From Planctomycetota bacterium (lineage in GTDB: Bacteria; Planctomycetota; B15-G4; JADJEK01), in assembly GCA_044225365.1 (NCBI GenBank), contig JBGAIQ010000014.1, positions 32,001-96,000 of the forward strand: a stretch of 64,000 nucleotides of DNA, read 5' to 3'. Positions 10,457-19,914 of the stretch are shown here, piece by piece. The translations under genes and the position numbers were made by a program. The notes under the pieces were generated by a model, which was given only the letters and a program-made list of their open reading frames with translations, was not told the origin of the DNA and did not search any database. Within the stretch, counting starts at the first letter, position 1. Every line of letters begins with the position of its first letter.

Positions 10457-12214
10457 TTACCGGGGAACTCGAAAGATCAGATTCGATGTCCCCGCTCGGT
10501 AGTTTCCGCCGCCGCCGAGTCCGTGGCCGTCCTTCGTAATCACGATCGAGTAGTCGGCACCCGGCTCGACGGGCGCGAGGACGAAGGAGCCTTCCGCACT
10601 GGTCGTCGCGCGGATCAGGGTCGGGTTCGACTCTCCGATGCGCCGGCACTCCACCGTGACGCCACCGACTCCGGGCTCGTCCTCGGCAGCTTGGGCAGCT
10701 TGGGCATCTTGGGCATTTAGGGCACCTTGGGCGACGACTCGCCCGGCGAGACGGCTGGTGTCGGCATCGAGATCGAATTCGACGACGGGCTCGGCGCGGG
10801 GCTGCAAGAGAACGGGCCGCTTCGCGGTGACTCCGATCGGACGCGACGTCGCTTCGAGCAGGATCGCGCCGAGTTCGGGTACGTGGATCTCGAACGCGCC
10901 GTCCACCCCGGCACTCACCGCACCGTGGTACGTCGTACTCTTCCATTCGATTCGCGCCTCCGTCGGCGCACCGTTCAATCGCACATGGCCGCGGATCACG
11001 GCCGCATCCGGCGGCGGCTTGAGGTCGAGGGTGATGTGCTGCCCCGGCCGCTCGAAGCGCGGTCCGGGTGCGACGGTCTCCCACCCGTGGGACGATTGCA
11101 CCGTGACCGTGTCGTACTCGATCGGGAACAGACGATCGAAGCGGTACCGTCCCCTTCCATCCGTCCAGACCTCTTCGCTCGACCCCTCACCGTTGTCGGT
11201 GTCGACTTCGAGTCGCAGTCCCCGAACGGCTTCGATTCCGAGCGCCTGAGTGATCGCCTGGAGCGGATCGACGCGTCGATGTAGGACCAGTTTCGTCGGG
11301 GCGGACCGGCCGCGCTCGTCCTCCGTCGATCCCTCGAGGACACACGTTTCGCCGACGAAGAGCACCGCGGAATGGGCCGTGGGGACCTCGGTCTGTTGGA
11401 ACGAGATCGACGATCCGAAGCCGCCCCTCTTGGTGACCCGCACCGAGATGTTCCCGAAGCGCGACGACGGTCCGCGGATCGTGAAGCGTCCGCTCGGATC
11501 GAGTCTCCCCGCCGGAACCCACGGAATGCGTGCGCCGGGCGAGTGCATCGACACGATGACGTCCTGCGTCGCCGGACGGCGAGTCGCAAGGTCGAGCACC
11601 ACGCCTTCGATCGACTCCGAACGATCGAGTCGAAAGATCCGCGTGTTCGTTCCGGGCTCGATCTGCATCAGCGGGATCGTGGTCTCGACCTCCAGCGGCG
11701 CGTCGATGCGCGCTTCGAGATCGCTCCGCACGGGGATGCCCTCGATGCGGTAATGACCATCGAGATCCGTGACGACCTGCGGCGGCAATGGGTCGAGTCG
11801 GACCGCGCCCTTCGGCAAGGAGATCTTCGATCTCGGAGCGAGCGGATCGTCGATGACGTCGGGCCCCTCCACCCTCCCGTACTCGATCGCGATCCTCTCT
11901 CCGGGCAGCGGGTTTCCGGTCCTCGATTCGAGAACGTAGCCTTCGAGCGTCGCTACGGTCGCGGATACGGGTGCGGATTCTCGCTGCACGATCTCGCTCG
12001 GCCCCGACAGTGAGCCATCCGACTGCGTCGAATGCGCGAGTTCGGTCGGTTTCGTTTCGACCCCCGGCCCAATCCGGTCGTGGCTCGGCGGAATCGACGC
12101 CGCCCCGACGTCACGGTCGATCGCATCACGACGGGCGAACAAGACGGCGGCCACCGCGCCGGCAATCAGGACGATTGCGATCGCGAACGATGGGAGGAGC
12201 GCTCTTTCCGCCAT
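10457..12214 (-). CDS. Membrane-anchored carboxypeptidase-regulatory-like (Cna-B type) repeat protein
   Basis: N-terminal TM; repeated LEGYV/IEGVV/IRGHV...TD..GxY/FxI modules; abuts the stop of the M16 gene. Confidence 0.75.
   Translation of the reverse strand: MAERALLPSFAIAIVLIAGAVAAVLFARRDAIDRDVGAASIPPSHDRIGPGVETKPTELAHSTQSDGSLSGPSEIVQRESAPVSATVATLEGYVLESRTGNPLPGERIAIEYGRVEGPDVIDDPLAPRSKISLPKGAVRLDPLPPQVVTDLDGHYRIEGIPVRSDLEARIDAPLEVETTIPLMQIEPGTNTRIFRLDRSESIEGVVLDLATRRPATQDVIVSMHSPGARIPWVPAGRLDPSGRFTIRGPSSRFGNISVRVTKRGGFGSSISFQQTEVPTAHSAVLFVGETCVLEGSTEDERGRSAPTKLVLHRRVDPLQAITQALGIEAVRGLRLEVDTDNGEGSSEEVWTDGRGRYRFDRLFPIEYDTVTVQSSHGWETVAPGPRFERPGQHITLDLKPPPDAAVIRGHVRLNGAPTEARIEWKSTTYHGAVSAGVDGAFEIHVPELGAILLEATSRPIGVTAKRPVLLQPRAEPVVEFDLDADTSRLAGRVVAQGALNAQDAQAAQAAEDEPGVGGVTVECRRIGESNPTLIRATTSAEGSFVLAPVEPGADYSIVITKDGHGLGGGGNYRAGTSNLIFRVPR
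10685..10732. repeat. 9-bp in-frame tandem repeat, about 5 copies (GGCAnCTTG)
   Basis: ggcagcttg ggcagcttg ggcatcttg ggcatttag ggcaccttg ggc; encodes AQGALNAQDAQAAQAA. Confidence 0.7.
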
Positions 12215-15064
12215 TCACCCGCCGTCGTCGGTGGACTCTTTCGGCTTCTGGGTCTCGGCGTTCGCCTTCGGTTTTCCGTTCTCATCGACGGTGGTGACGG
12301 GGGCGATCGCCTTCAGGCCTTCTTCGATCTTCGAGGCGTCTCCCACCACCACGATCGTGAGATGATCGGGATCGATCACTTCGCGCGCGAGCTTCTGAAC
12401 GTCGTCCGCCGTCGTCTTGACGATCCCGTCGAGATAACGATCGATGTAGTCGAGCGTCATGCCGTCGAGTTCGAGGCCGAAGAGCTGCGAGACGATCGAC
12501 TCCGGCGTCTCGTGATCGCCGGCGAACGATCCGACGAGGTACGACTTCGCCTGCGACAACTCCTTCTCGCTCGGCGGTTCGTTCTGCATGCGCTTCACTT
12601 CTTCGAGGATCGCGGCGACGGCTTCGACCGTCGTCTTCGTTTTGCTGAACGTCGAGACCGTGAATCGACCGGCGAAGCGCTGCGCGGAGAGGCCGCCACT
12701 CGCGCCATAGGTGAGGCCCTTCTTGACGCGAATCGTCTCGTTCAGGCGACTGTTGAACGCGCCGCCGAAGATCTGCGTGAGGACCTTGCCGGTGAACCAA
12801 CGCGAATCATCGCGCTCGATTCCGCGATGTCCGACGCGGATCTGGCTCTGGATGGCGCCCGGGACGTCGACGAGCAGGATGTGGGTCTTCTCTTGCGGCG
12901 GGAATGCATCGAGCTTCTCGCCCGGAGACTTCCCGTCACTCGTCCAGTCCGAGAACAACGCCTCCGCGAGATCGAATGCGTTCTGCGCGGAGATGTCGCC
13001 CGCGACGTAGAGCACCGCGAGATCGGGGCGCCCGTACTGCTTCCACCATGCAATCGCGTCCTTCACCTTCAGATTCTCGAGGTCGCCCGACAGCCCTCCC
13101 GACGGACGGCCGTAGGGATGCGTTCCGAACAATGCCTTGGCGAATTCACGATCCGCGATCGCGGCGGGCTGCTTCTCGCCGATCTTCTTGCCCGTGATGC
13201 CCTGTCGCTTCAACTTGCCGAATTCCTTCTCGGGGAAGATCGGATCCTTGACGACGTCGGCGAGCGTCTTGAACAAGAGCGTCGTCTGCGCCTTCAGCGC
13301 GCTGCCGCTCACGGTGCAGGAATCGAGGCTCGCGTTCGCACCGAGCTGGATCGCGTTGCTCTCGAGCACTTCCGCGATCTGCTGCGCGGACTTCGTGGCG
13401 GTGCCCTTCATGAGCATCTCCATCGCCATCGACGCCGTACCGGGCTTGCCCTTGGGCTCGGAGAATTCGCCGTCCTTGAAGCCGAGCGTCACCGAGACCT
13501 TCGGAAGCTCGTGGTTCTCGACGACGACGACGCGCAGTCCGTTCTCCAACGTTTTGCTTTGCGACGCAAAGTCGACGTGCGTCTTCTCGAGCGGCGCGAC
13601 CGGCGCGCTCTCGGGATACCCCGCGGGTCGCTTCGCCGAGGCTTTCGGTCCCATGCGCTGCGGTCCGGGATCGTTCGCGGCGATCTCCTTCTTCGGCGCA
13701 GCTTCTTCGCCTTCTGCCTCGCCCTTGCCACCGAGGAGCGTGCGGAGCATGCCGCCGACGGTCGGCTCGATCTTCACGATCACCTTGCGCTCGGGGACGA
13801 AATACTCGTTGGCCACGCGCTTCAGATCGTCCAACGTGATCGCTTCGATCTCCTTCGGCCGATCGTTCAGTTTGCTCACTCCGCCTTCGAAGAGCGCCGC
13901 GTTGCCGAGTTGGTCGCACTTCTTCGCGACCGTCTGCGAAGATTCGACGAGCTTGCGCAGGTAGTTGGTCTTCGCCTTCTTCAATTCCGCGTCGGTGACG
14001 CCGTCCTTCTTCACCTTGTCGAGTTCGACATCGATCATGGCGAGCGGCTTGTCCATGTTCGACAGCGGCATCAACACCGCGCCCGCGCCAGCGAAGCCCT
14101 CCTGTTCGAGCGACATCGCAGCGCCCATGGCGAGGACGGCGATTTCGGCGTCGTCGACGAGCGCCCGGTAGAGTCGACTCGTCTCGCCGCCGCCCACGAT
14201 CGACATGAGGAGTTCGAGCGGCAGCGCGTCCTTGTCGCCCTGCCCGACGGTTCGATACCCGATCGCGACGATCGGTACGGGACCTCGCGTCTCCTCGATC
14301 GTGATGGTCTTCGGCTTGTCGAACAGCGGCTCTTTCGCGGTGATCCGCGGCGGATCCGCGCACTTCGGGATCCACCCGAACGCCTTGTCAGCTTCCTTCT
14401 CGACCTGATCGTGCGTGACGTCGCCGACGACGACGAGCGTCGCATTGTTCGGAACGTAGAACGTCTCCCAGAACCGCAGGAGCTCTTCCGCCGTGGCGCG
14501 GCGCAGGTGTTCGATGTTGCCGATCGGCGACCATCGATACGGGTGGACCTTGAAGACCTGCGCGAGGAGCTTTTCCGGGACCGATCCGTAGGGCTGATTG
14601 AGCCCGAGCCTGCGTTCCTCCTCGACGACCGCGCGCTCCGTCTCGAAGCCCGCGCGATCGACCTTGAGCGACGCCATCCGCTCGGCCTCGAGCCAGAGCA
14701 CCATCGGGAGCTGCTCCTTCGGCGCCTCGTTCTCGTAGACGGTCTGGTCGAAGGCAGTGTGCGCGTTGCACTCTCCGCCCGACGCGCGGATGTACTCGAA
14801 GTGCGCTTCCGGCCCGAGCCGGTCGGTGCCGCGGAACATCATGTGTTCGAACATGTGCGCGAAGCCGGTGCGCTCCGCGTTCTCGTCCTTGCTTCCGACG
14901 TGATACCACACCTGCACCGCGATGATCGGGCAGGAGTGGTCCTCGAGCGTGACGACTCGCAGGCCGTTCGCGAGGACGTGCTCGTAGATCGCGGCGTCCG
15001 CGGCGCGCGATGCAGGGCTCGCGAGGGCGAGGAGAGCGAGGCCGAGGATGAGGGACGTGCGCAT
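12215..15064 (-). CDS. M16 (pitrilysin/insulinase) family zinc peptidase, two-module, secreted
   Basis: Signal peptide MRTSLILGLALLALASPASRA; YHVGSKDE...GFAHMFEHMMFRG (HxxEH); second module with NSRLNETIRVKKGLTYG. Confidence 0.92.
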   Translation of the reverse strand: MRTSLILGLALLALASPASRAADAAIYEHVLANGLRVVTLEDHSCPIIAVQVWYHVGSKDENAERTGFAHMFEHMMFRGTDRLGPEAHFEYIRASGGECNAHTAFDQTVYENEAPKEQLPMVLWLEAERMASLKVDRAGFETERAVVEEERRLGLNQPYGSVPEKLLAQVFKVHPYRWSPIGNIEHLRRATAEELLRFWETFYVPNNATLVVVGDVTHDQVEKEADKAFGWIPKCADPPRITAKEPLFDKPKTITIEETRGPVPIVAIGYRTVGQGDKDALPLELLMSIVGGGETSRLYRALVDDAEIAVLAMGAAMSLEQEGFAGAGAVLMPLSNMDKPLAMIDVELDKVKKDGVTDAELKKAKTNYLRKLVESSQTVAKKCDQLGNAALFEGGVSKLNDRPKEIEAITLDDLKRVANEYFVPERKVIVKIEPTVGGMLRTLLGGKGEAEGEEAAPKKEIAANDPGPQRMGPKASAKRPAGYPESAPVAPLEKTHVDFASQSKTLENGLRVVVVENHELPKVSVTLGFKDGEFSEPKGKPGTASMAMEMLMKGTATKSAQQIAEVLESNAIQLGANASLDSCTVSGSALKAQTTLLFKTLADVVKDPIFPEKEFGKLKRQGITGKKIGEKQPAAIADREFAKALFGTHPYGRPSGGLSGDLENLKVKDAIAWWKQYGRPDLAVLYVAGDISAQNAFDLAEALFSDWTSDGKSPGEKLDAFPPQEKTHILLVDVPGAIQSQIRVGHRGIERDDSRWFTGKVLTQIFGGAFNSRLNETIRVKKGLTYGASGGLSAQRFAGRFTVSTFSKTKTTVEAVAAILEEVKRMQNEPPSEKELSQAKSYLVGSFAGDHETPESIVSQLFGLELDGMTLDYIDRYLDGIVKTTADDVQKLAREVIDPDHLTIVVVGDASKIEEGLKAIAPVTTVDENGKPKANAETQKPKESTDDGG

Positions 15065-15176
15065 GTTCGAGATCTCGAGCAACGAGGTGGCGATGGGGAC
15101 GCGGGACAATCTACCCGAGTGCGCGAACGGGAAGGTCCGGCGATCGGGAGTCCAGCGAACGTGAAAGCGATTCGTT

Positions 15177-17192
15177 TCAGTGCGCTCCGTGCGGTTCCTT
15201 CCCGCTCGCCTCGGCGAGCGCGGCGAGGGCCATCGCCCGCACCGAGTGTCGGGCGGCTTCTTCGGGCTTGAAGTTCGCTTCGACGCGCGCGACAGCGGTT
15301 TCAAAGGCCTTCTTCGCGCCCGCCTCATCGCCCTTCGCCGCGCAGGCGCGTCCCAATGTGAACCAGCCGAAAGGATCTTCGGGATGGATCTCGACGACGA
15401 CGCGGGCGAGGGCGAGCGCCGCGTCGACGGGGCCGTCGTCGATCCATCGCATCGTCATGTAGGTCATTCGATCCGGATTGACGAGCCGATCACTGGGGTC
15501 CGCTTTCGCCATCGCGCGGTAGAGAGCCGCGCCCTCGTCGAGCTTCGACGCGCCATACGCCTCGCAGGGCGTCATCGCATCGTCTTGGAGCCGCTCGAGG
15601 TACTTCGCGTCCTTGCCCTCGCCGAGATACGCGTCCTCGAATCCCTTGTCGCCCGGTTCGTCGAAGCGGATGTGGATGCGGCGATCCATCGAGTAGTACG
15701 TGCGCGGGCCGACCCGGTACAAGCGGTCCTGGTACGTCACGGGATCTGGCGGGAACTGGACGAAGAGTCGATCGCCTTCGGCGCGGATCACCATGGTCTC
15801 GTCGGCCGAGATCTCGTAGCGGCCGGGTGCTGCTTTCAATTCCTCGGCCTCGGCGGCGGGATCGGGCTTCGCGAGCGCGATCGGATCGGTCGGGAAGAAG
15901 GTCGGCCAGGCGTAGACCTCCGCGACGGCATTCACGACTTCGGGGAGCAGGTCCTCGCCGCCGTCGGAGTTGGTGAGCACGACCACGCCGCAGCCCTTGT
16001 CGCGATGGCTGAAGAAAGCGTTGCGGAAGCCGACGTTCGCTCCGTTGTGCGCGAAGTAGATGTCGCCGCGGTGATCCTCGACGAACACACCGAGGCCGGT
16101 CGGTCCGCCGCCGACGGGCGTCGTCATGCGGCGGACGGTGTCCTGCGTCAGGACCTTGCCAGAGTCGTCGCGCAGCGATCGCTGCAGATCGATGACGATC
16201 TTCGCGAGGTCTTCGGCAGAGACCCAGAGTCCGGCAGCGCAGAGTTCGGGATGGACGTGGAAGCTCCCGGGCGTCGGTTTGCCATCGATGAGGTGCGCCG
16301 CGCTGTGATCCGGGAATCGACTCACGGGGAGCGGTTGTTCGTAGGTGCTGTGGGAGAGCCCGAGCGGATCGAATACGAGCGATTTCAACGTGGCGGGGAA
16401 TGGCGCGCCGGTCACGTCGAGGATCGCTTGCTGCAGGATCGTGGTGCCGCCGCCGGCGTAGCGGAACGGACCTCCCGGCTGCGTGTCGACGAAGATCGGC
16501 GGCGAGTTCGCGGGGAGGGTTCCATCGAGGATCTGGGGGACGGTCGGAATCGCTTCGTAGCGCGTGTACCCGAGGAAGCCGTGGACCGTCACACCGCCCG
16601 TGTGCGAGAGGATGTGCGCCATCGTCAGGGGCACGGCCTTCGTGAATTCGTTCTCGGGCAGCGTCCACGACTTCAAGTACTTCGCGATCGGAGCGTCGAG
16701 CGCGAGCTTGCCGGTCTGCATGAGCGCGAGCGCACCCATCGCTGCGACGGGCTTGCTGATCGATCCGGCTTGGAAGACCGTGTCCTTCGTGACGGGCTGC
16801 GCAGTGGCGGCGTTCGAGGTGTCGCGGACACCGAATCCCGCGACCCAGTCGATCTCGAAGTTCGAGATCACCGCGATCGCGACGCCAGGTACATGGTGAC
16901 GCGCCATCCGCTCGGCGAGCGTCCAGTGGGCGCCCGCGGGGGCCATCTGCGGCCGCAGACTCTCGAGGACCCGCTGTTGGCGTTGCGCCGCGCCGGTCGG
17001 ATCCGCGGCGGCTCGCGGGTCGAGGGAGACGACGATGGCCAAGACGGCGGCGGCGGCTGCGATCCGTATCCGCCGGGTCGACGAATGGGCGCGGGTGGCG
17101 GCGGCGGCTGCGATCCGTATCCGCCGGGTCGACGTATGGGCGCGGGTGGCGGCGGCGGCTGCGATCCGTATCCGCCGGGTGGAGTCGGCCAT
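15177..17192 (-). CDS. Serine hydrolase (beta-lactamase/AmpC-like family) with C-terminal TPR
   Basis: FQAGSISKP (SxxK), ILSHTGG, FRYAGGG and HNGANVGF; C-terminal TPR-like GWFTLGRACAAKGD. Start ATG 17192. Confidence 0.88.
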   Translation of the reverse strand: MADSTRRIRIAAAAATRAHTSTRRIRIAAAAATRAHSSTRRIRIAAAAAVLAIVVSLDPRAAADPTGAAQRQQRVLESLRPQMAPAGAHWTLAERMARHHVPGVAIAVISNFEIDWVAGFGVRDTSNAATAQPVTKDTVFQAGSISKPVAAMGALALMQTGKLALDAPIAKYLKSWTLPENEFTKAVPLTMAHILSHTGGVTVHGFLGYTRYEAIPTVPQILDGTLPANSPPIFVDTQPGGPFRYAGGGTTILQQAILDVTGAPFPATLKSLVFDPLGLSHSTYEQPLPVSRFPDHSAAHLIDGKPTPGSFHVHPELCAAGLWVSAEDLAKIVIDLQRSLRDDSGKVLTQDTVRRMTTPVGGGPTGLGVFVEDHRGDIYFAHNGANVGFRNAFFSHRDKGCGVVVLTNSDGGEDLLPEVVNAVAEVYAWPTFFPTDPIALAKPDPAAEAEELKAAPGRYEISADETMVIRAEGDRLFVQFPPDPVTYQDRLYRVGPRTYYSMDRRIHIRFDEPGDKGFEDAYLGEGKDAKYLERLQDDAMTPCEAYGASKLDEGAALYRAMAKADPSDRLVNPDRMTYMTMRWIDDGPVDAALALARVVVEIHPEDPFGWFTLGRACAAKGDEAGAKKAFETAVARVEANFKPEEAARHSVRAMALAALAEASGKEPHGAH
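17046..17180 (-). repeat. Three copies of a 29-bp element in 51-bp units, in frame within the serine hydrolase N-terminus
   Basis: GGCGGATACGGATCGCAGCCGCCGCCGCC (minus strand) with plus-strand starts 17046, 17097 and 17148, separated by near-identical 22-bp linkers. Confidence 0.92.
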
Positions 17193-17459
17193 GGAAATCG
17201 TCCTCGCGGATTCGGGCGATGGGGATGATGGGACCGGATCGTAACGGGTCACCCGCTGAATCCTCGTCGGAGCAGGACGACTTCGATCGCTTGTTACACA
17301 ACTTTGGAGCCGGGAGGCGGGACTCGAGAGTAGGATCGTGGGCCGGACTTGCGAGGATTCGGCGCGCTTCCGAAGAAGGCCCGGAGTTCGGGATCGGAAG
17401 GATCGGGACGAAACCGAGAAGCGGCCGGTCGGGTTGGAGACGCGAGAAGAGGAGCTGCT

Positions 17460-19784
17460 GTGAATCGGGAAAGCCGTCGATCGATCGGAATCATGTTCAC
17501 GAGTGTCGCTTTGATCGCAGGAACGGCCTTCGCCGGCGACGACCACACGTTGCCCCCGAGCCGCACGCAGGTCTTCCCGCGGCCCGCGCCGGTTGTCGTC
17601 TTCCCGCCCGTCGATCACAAAGTCCTTTTGAAGGACGACGAATCCCGCGACCCGTGGTTGCCCTATCGCTTCGGGATCGAACTTCCCGCCGACCTCAACC
17701 CGCTGAATTCCGGCGAGTGGACCAACCTCGGAACCGAGCGCGCGTGGCGCCTGCGAATCGAGACGGACGGAGCGTTCTCGATCAATCTCATGTTCTCCGC
17801 GTTCAAGCTGGCGCCGGGTGGACGCCTCTACATCACGAACGATGCCGGTCGCGTGCTCGGCCCGTTCACCGACCGGGACAACCGACCCGACGGCATCTTC
17901 GCAACGCGACCGCTCGCCGGTTCGGCGACGACGCTCGAGTACATCGAGCCGAATGGCAAGGTGCACGGCGTCTTCAACGTGAGCCACGTCGTCCACGCCT
18001 ATCGCGATTTCTTCGGCTACTTCGCCGGAACCGCGAACGCCTCCGCCCCCTGTCACATCGACATCAATTGCCCCGTCGGTCAGCCCTACCAGAACGAGAA
18101 GCGCGCGGTGATGGTGCTCATCGCGGGCGGAGGCGGCTGTACGGCGGAATTGCTCAACAACACGCAACTCGACGGCAAGCAGTACTTCCTCACCGCGAAT
18201 CACTGCTTCGTCGGCCTCGGCGGTCCCGCCGGCTGGGTGTTCACATTCAACTACGAAGCACCGACCTGCAACGGCAATCCGGGAACGATGAGCGATAGCG
18301 TCACCGGTGCGACCGTCCTCGCGAACAGCACGATCTCCGACTTCTGCGTCGGCAAGATCGATGCGCCCATCGCACCTTGGTACAACCCCTACTTCCTGGG
18401 CTGGGACGTCACGGGCAATCCCGTCCAGTCCAGCGTGGCGATCCATCACCCGAAGCTCGACATCAAGAAGATCACGCTCGACAACGATCCCGCCGCGAAG
18501 GTGACGGCCTTCCAGGGCTCGCTCGCCTGGCAGATGCTCACCCTCGAAGGAGGAGCGTTCGAAGGCGGGTCGTCGGGCTCCGCGATGCTCGATCAGAACC
18601 ACCATGTGGTCGGGCAATGCATCGGCGGCAGCGTCGCCAATTGCGTTCCGCAGGAAACCGAGTGGTTCGGCCGCTTCGACGTCTCGTGGGGCATCGGCGT
18701 GACGCCCTACCTCGATCCCAATGGAATCACGACCGGCACGCTCGACGGCATCGACGGCGCGGGCCTCCTCAGCGTCGATCTCGGTGCGCTCGGTGCGTCG
18801 GGACAGCCCACCGCGGAAGTCGGATCGCTCATCTCCATCACTACGGACGTCGCCTCGCTCGGCACCTATCCGCCGCCGACGTTCGCGTATCAGATCCGAT
18901 TGTCGACCGACAACGTCATCGACGCCAACGACCTCGTGATCGACTCCGGTGCGGAGAGCCAGTACGGCCCGGTCGTCCACGACATCCAACTGCCCTTCAC
19001 GCTGGCGCCCGGCGACTACTTCCTCGGCCTCACGGTCGACCCTGCGCAGACCGAAGGCAACGTGCTCAACAACCTCGTGCTCGGTGACCCGATCAAGCTC
19101 GTCGAGAGCACGTTGCCGAATCTGACCGCCGTCGCCGTCGGGGGTCCCGCATCGGCGGACAAGGGCGAGACGATCCCCGTCACGTTCAAGGTCGCGGGAA
19201 ATGCCTACGCGCCGACGAGCTACTCGGTGGAAGTGCATCTCTCGTCCGACGAGATCATCTCGGCGAACGATCCGATGCTCGGCACGCTCACGATCAACGG
19301 ACTCGGCGACGCGCAGGGCAACGTGAAGATCCCGCCGCTGATGCCCGCGGGCGATTGGTTCCTCGGGCTCCTCGTGAAGCCCGCCGTCGAAGAAGGATAT
19401 CTCGACGACAACACCCTCCTCGGCGCCGTGCTCACCGTCACGACGCCCGCGGTCCCGCCGCCGGACGTCCACGTCGACTCGGTGAAGGGCCCGAAGAAGA
19501 GCAAGGTCGGCAAGAAGGCGAAGCTCACGATCGACATCGAGAAGGACACGTTTGCCGGCAAGCTGCCGTATACCGTGCGCCTCAGCCTCGACCCCGAGAT
19601 CACGCAGGACGACATCGTCGTGGGTACATTCAAGGCGAAGAAGTCGGGTCAGCAGAAGATCCAGCCGAAGGTCCCCTCGATCGCGCCCGGCGTCTACTAC
19701 TGGGGCGTGACGATCGACGGCATCTCGAACGAGCTCGAACTCACCAACAACTCGCTCGCCGGCGGCACCGTCACGATTCCGTAG
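17460..19784 (+). CDS. Secreted trypsin-like serine protease (lysyl endopeptidase/Achromobacter protease I-like) with CARDB/Ig-like C-terminal domains
   Basis: GAGGAG SD then GTG 17460; catalytic triad LTANHC, SDFCV and EGGSSGS; IHHP.LDIKKI. Confidence 0.88.
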   Translation: MNRESRRSIGIMFTSVALIAGTAFAGDDHTLPPSRTQVFPRPAPVVVFPPVDHKVLLKDDESRDPWLPYRFGIELPADLNPLNSGEWTNLGTERAWRLRIETDGAFSINLMFSAFKLAPGGRLYITNDAGRVLGPFTDRDNRPDGIFATRPLAGSATTLEYIEPNGKVHGVFNVSHVVHAYRDFFGYFAGTANASAPCHIDINCPVGQPYQNEKRAVMVLIAGGGGCTAELLNNTQLDGKQYFLTANHCFVGLGGPAGWVFTFNYEAPTCNGNPGTMSDSVTGATVLANSTISDFCVGKIDAPIAPWYNPYFLGWDVTGNPVQSSVAIHHPKLDIKKITLDNDPAAKVTAFQGSLAWQMLTLEGGAFEGGSSGSAMLDQNHHVVGQCIGGSVANCVPQETEWFGRFDVSWGIGVTPYLDPNGITTGTLDGIDGAGLLSVDLGALGASGQPTAEVGSLISITTDVASLGTYPPPTFAYQIRLSTDNVIDANDLVIDSGAESQYGPVVHDIQLPFTLAPGDYFLGLTVDPAQTEGNVLNNLVLGDPIKLVESTLPNLTAVAVGGPASADKGETIPVTFKVAGNAYAPTSYSVEVHLSSDEIISANDPMLGTLTINGLGDAQGNVKIPPLMPAGDWFLGLLVKPAVEEGYLDDNTLLGAVLTVTTPAVPPPDVHVDSVKGPKKSKVGKKAKLTIDIEKDTFAGKLPYTVRLSLDPEITQDDIVVGTFKAKKSGQQKIQPKVPSIAPGVYYWGVTIDGISNELELTNNSLAGGTVTIP

Positions 19785-19914
19785 TCCGACGGAGCCTCGT
19801 TACAAGCCACTCCGAATCGGGTAGTCTGCGCGACCGCTGCCACGGGAAGTCGCGCCGCTCGATTCCGAATCGGGCCGGCAGGGATGCCCAAGCTAGACGT
19901 TCGAGGAGTGGATC

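Noticed and set aside
17046-17180. CRISPR array (29-bp repeats with 22-bp spacers)
   Set aside because: Spacers are nearly identical and short, the second locus has no spacers, and there are no cas genes in the window.
1923-17192. Beta-lactam resistance locus (blaI/blaR plus beta-lactamase-family gene)
   Set aside because: The sensor lacks a penicillin-binding domain, and the hydrolase is a distant, generic AmpC-like family member; resistance is not supported.
17193-19472. N-terminal extension making the serine hydrolase 1431 aa
   Set aside because: The extension is antisense to the protease gene; the plausible start is ATG 17192.
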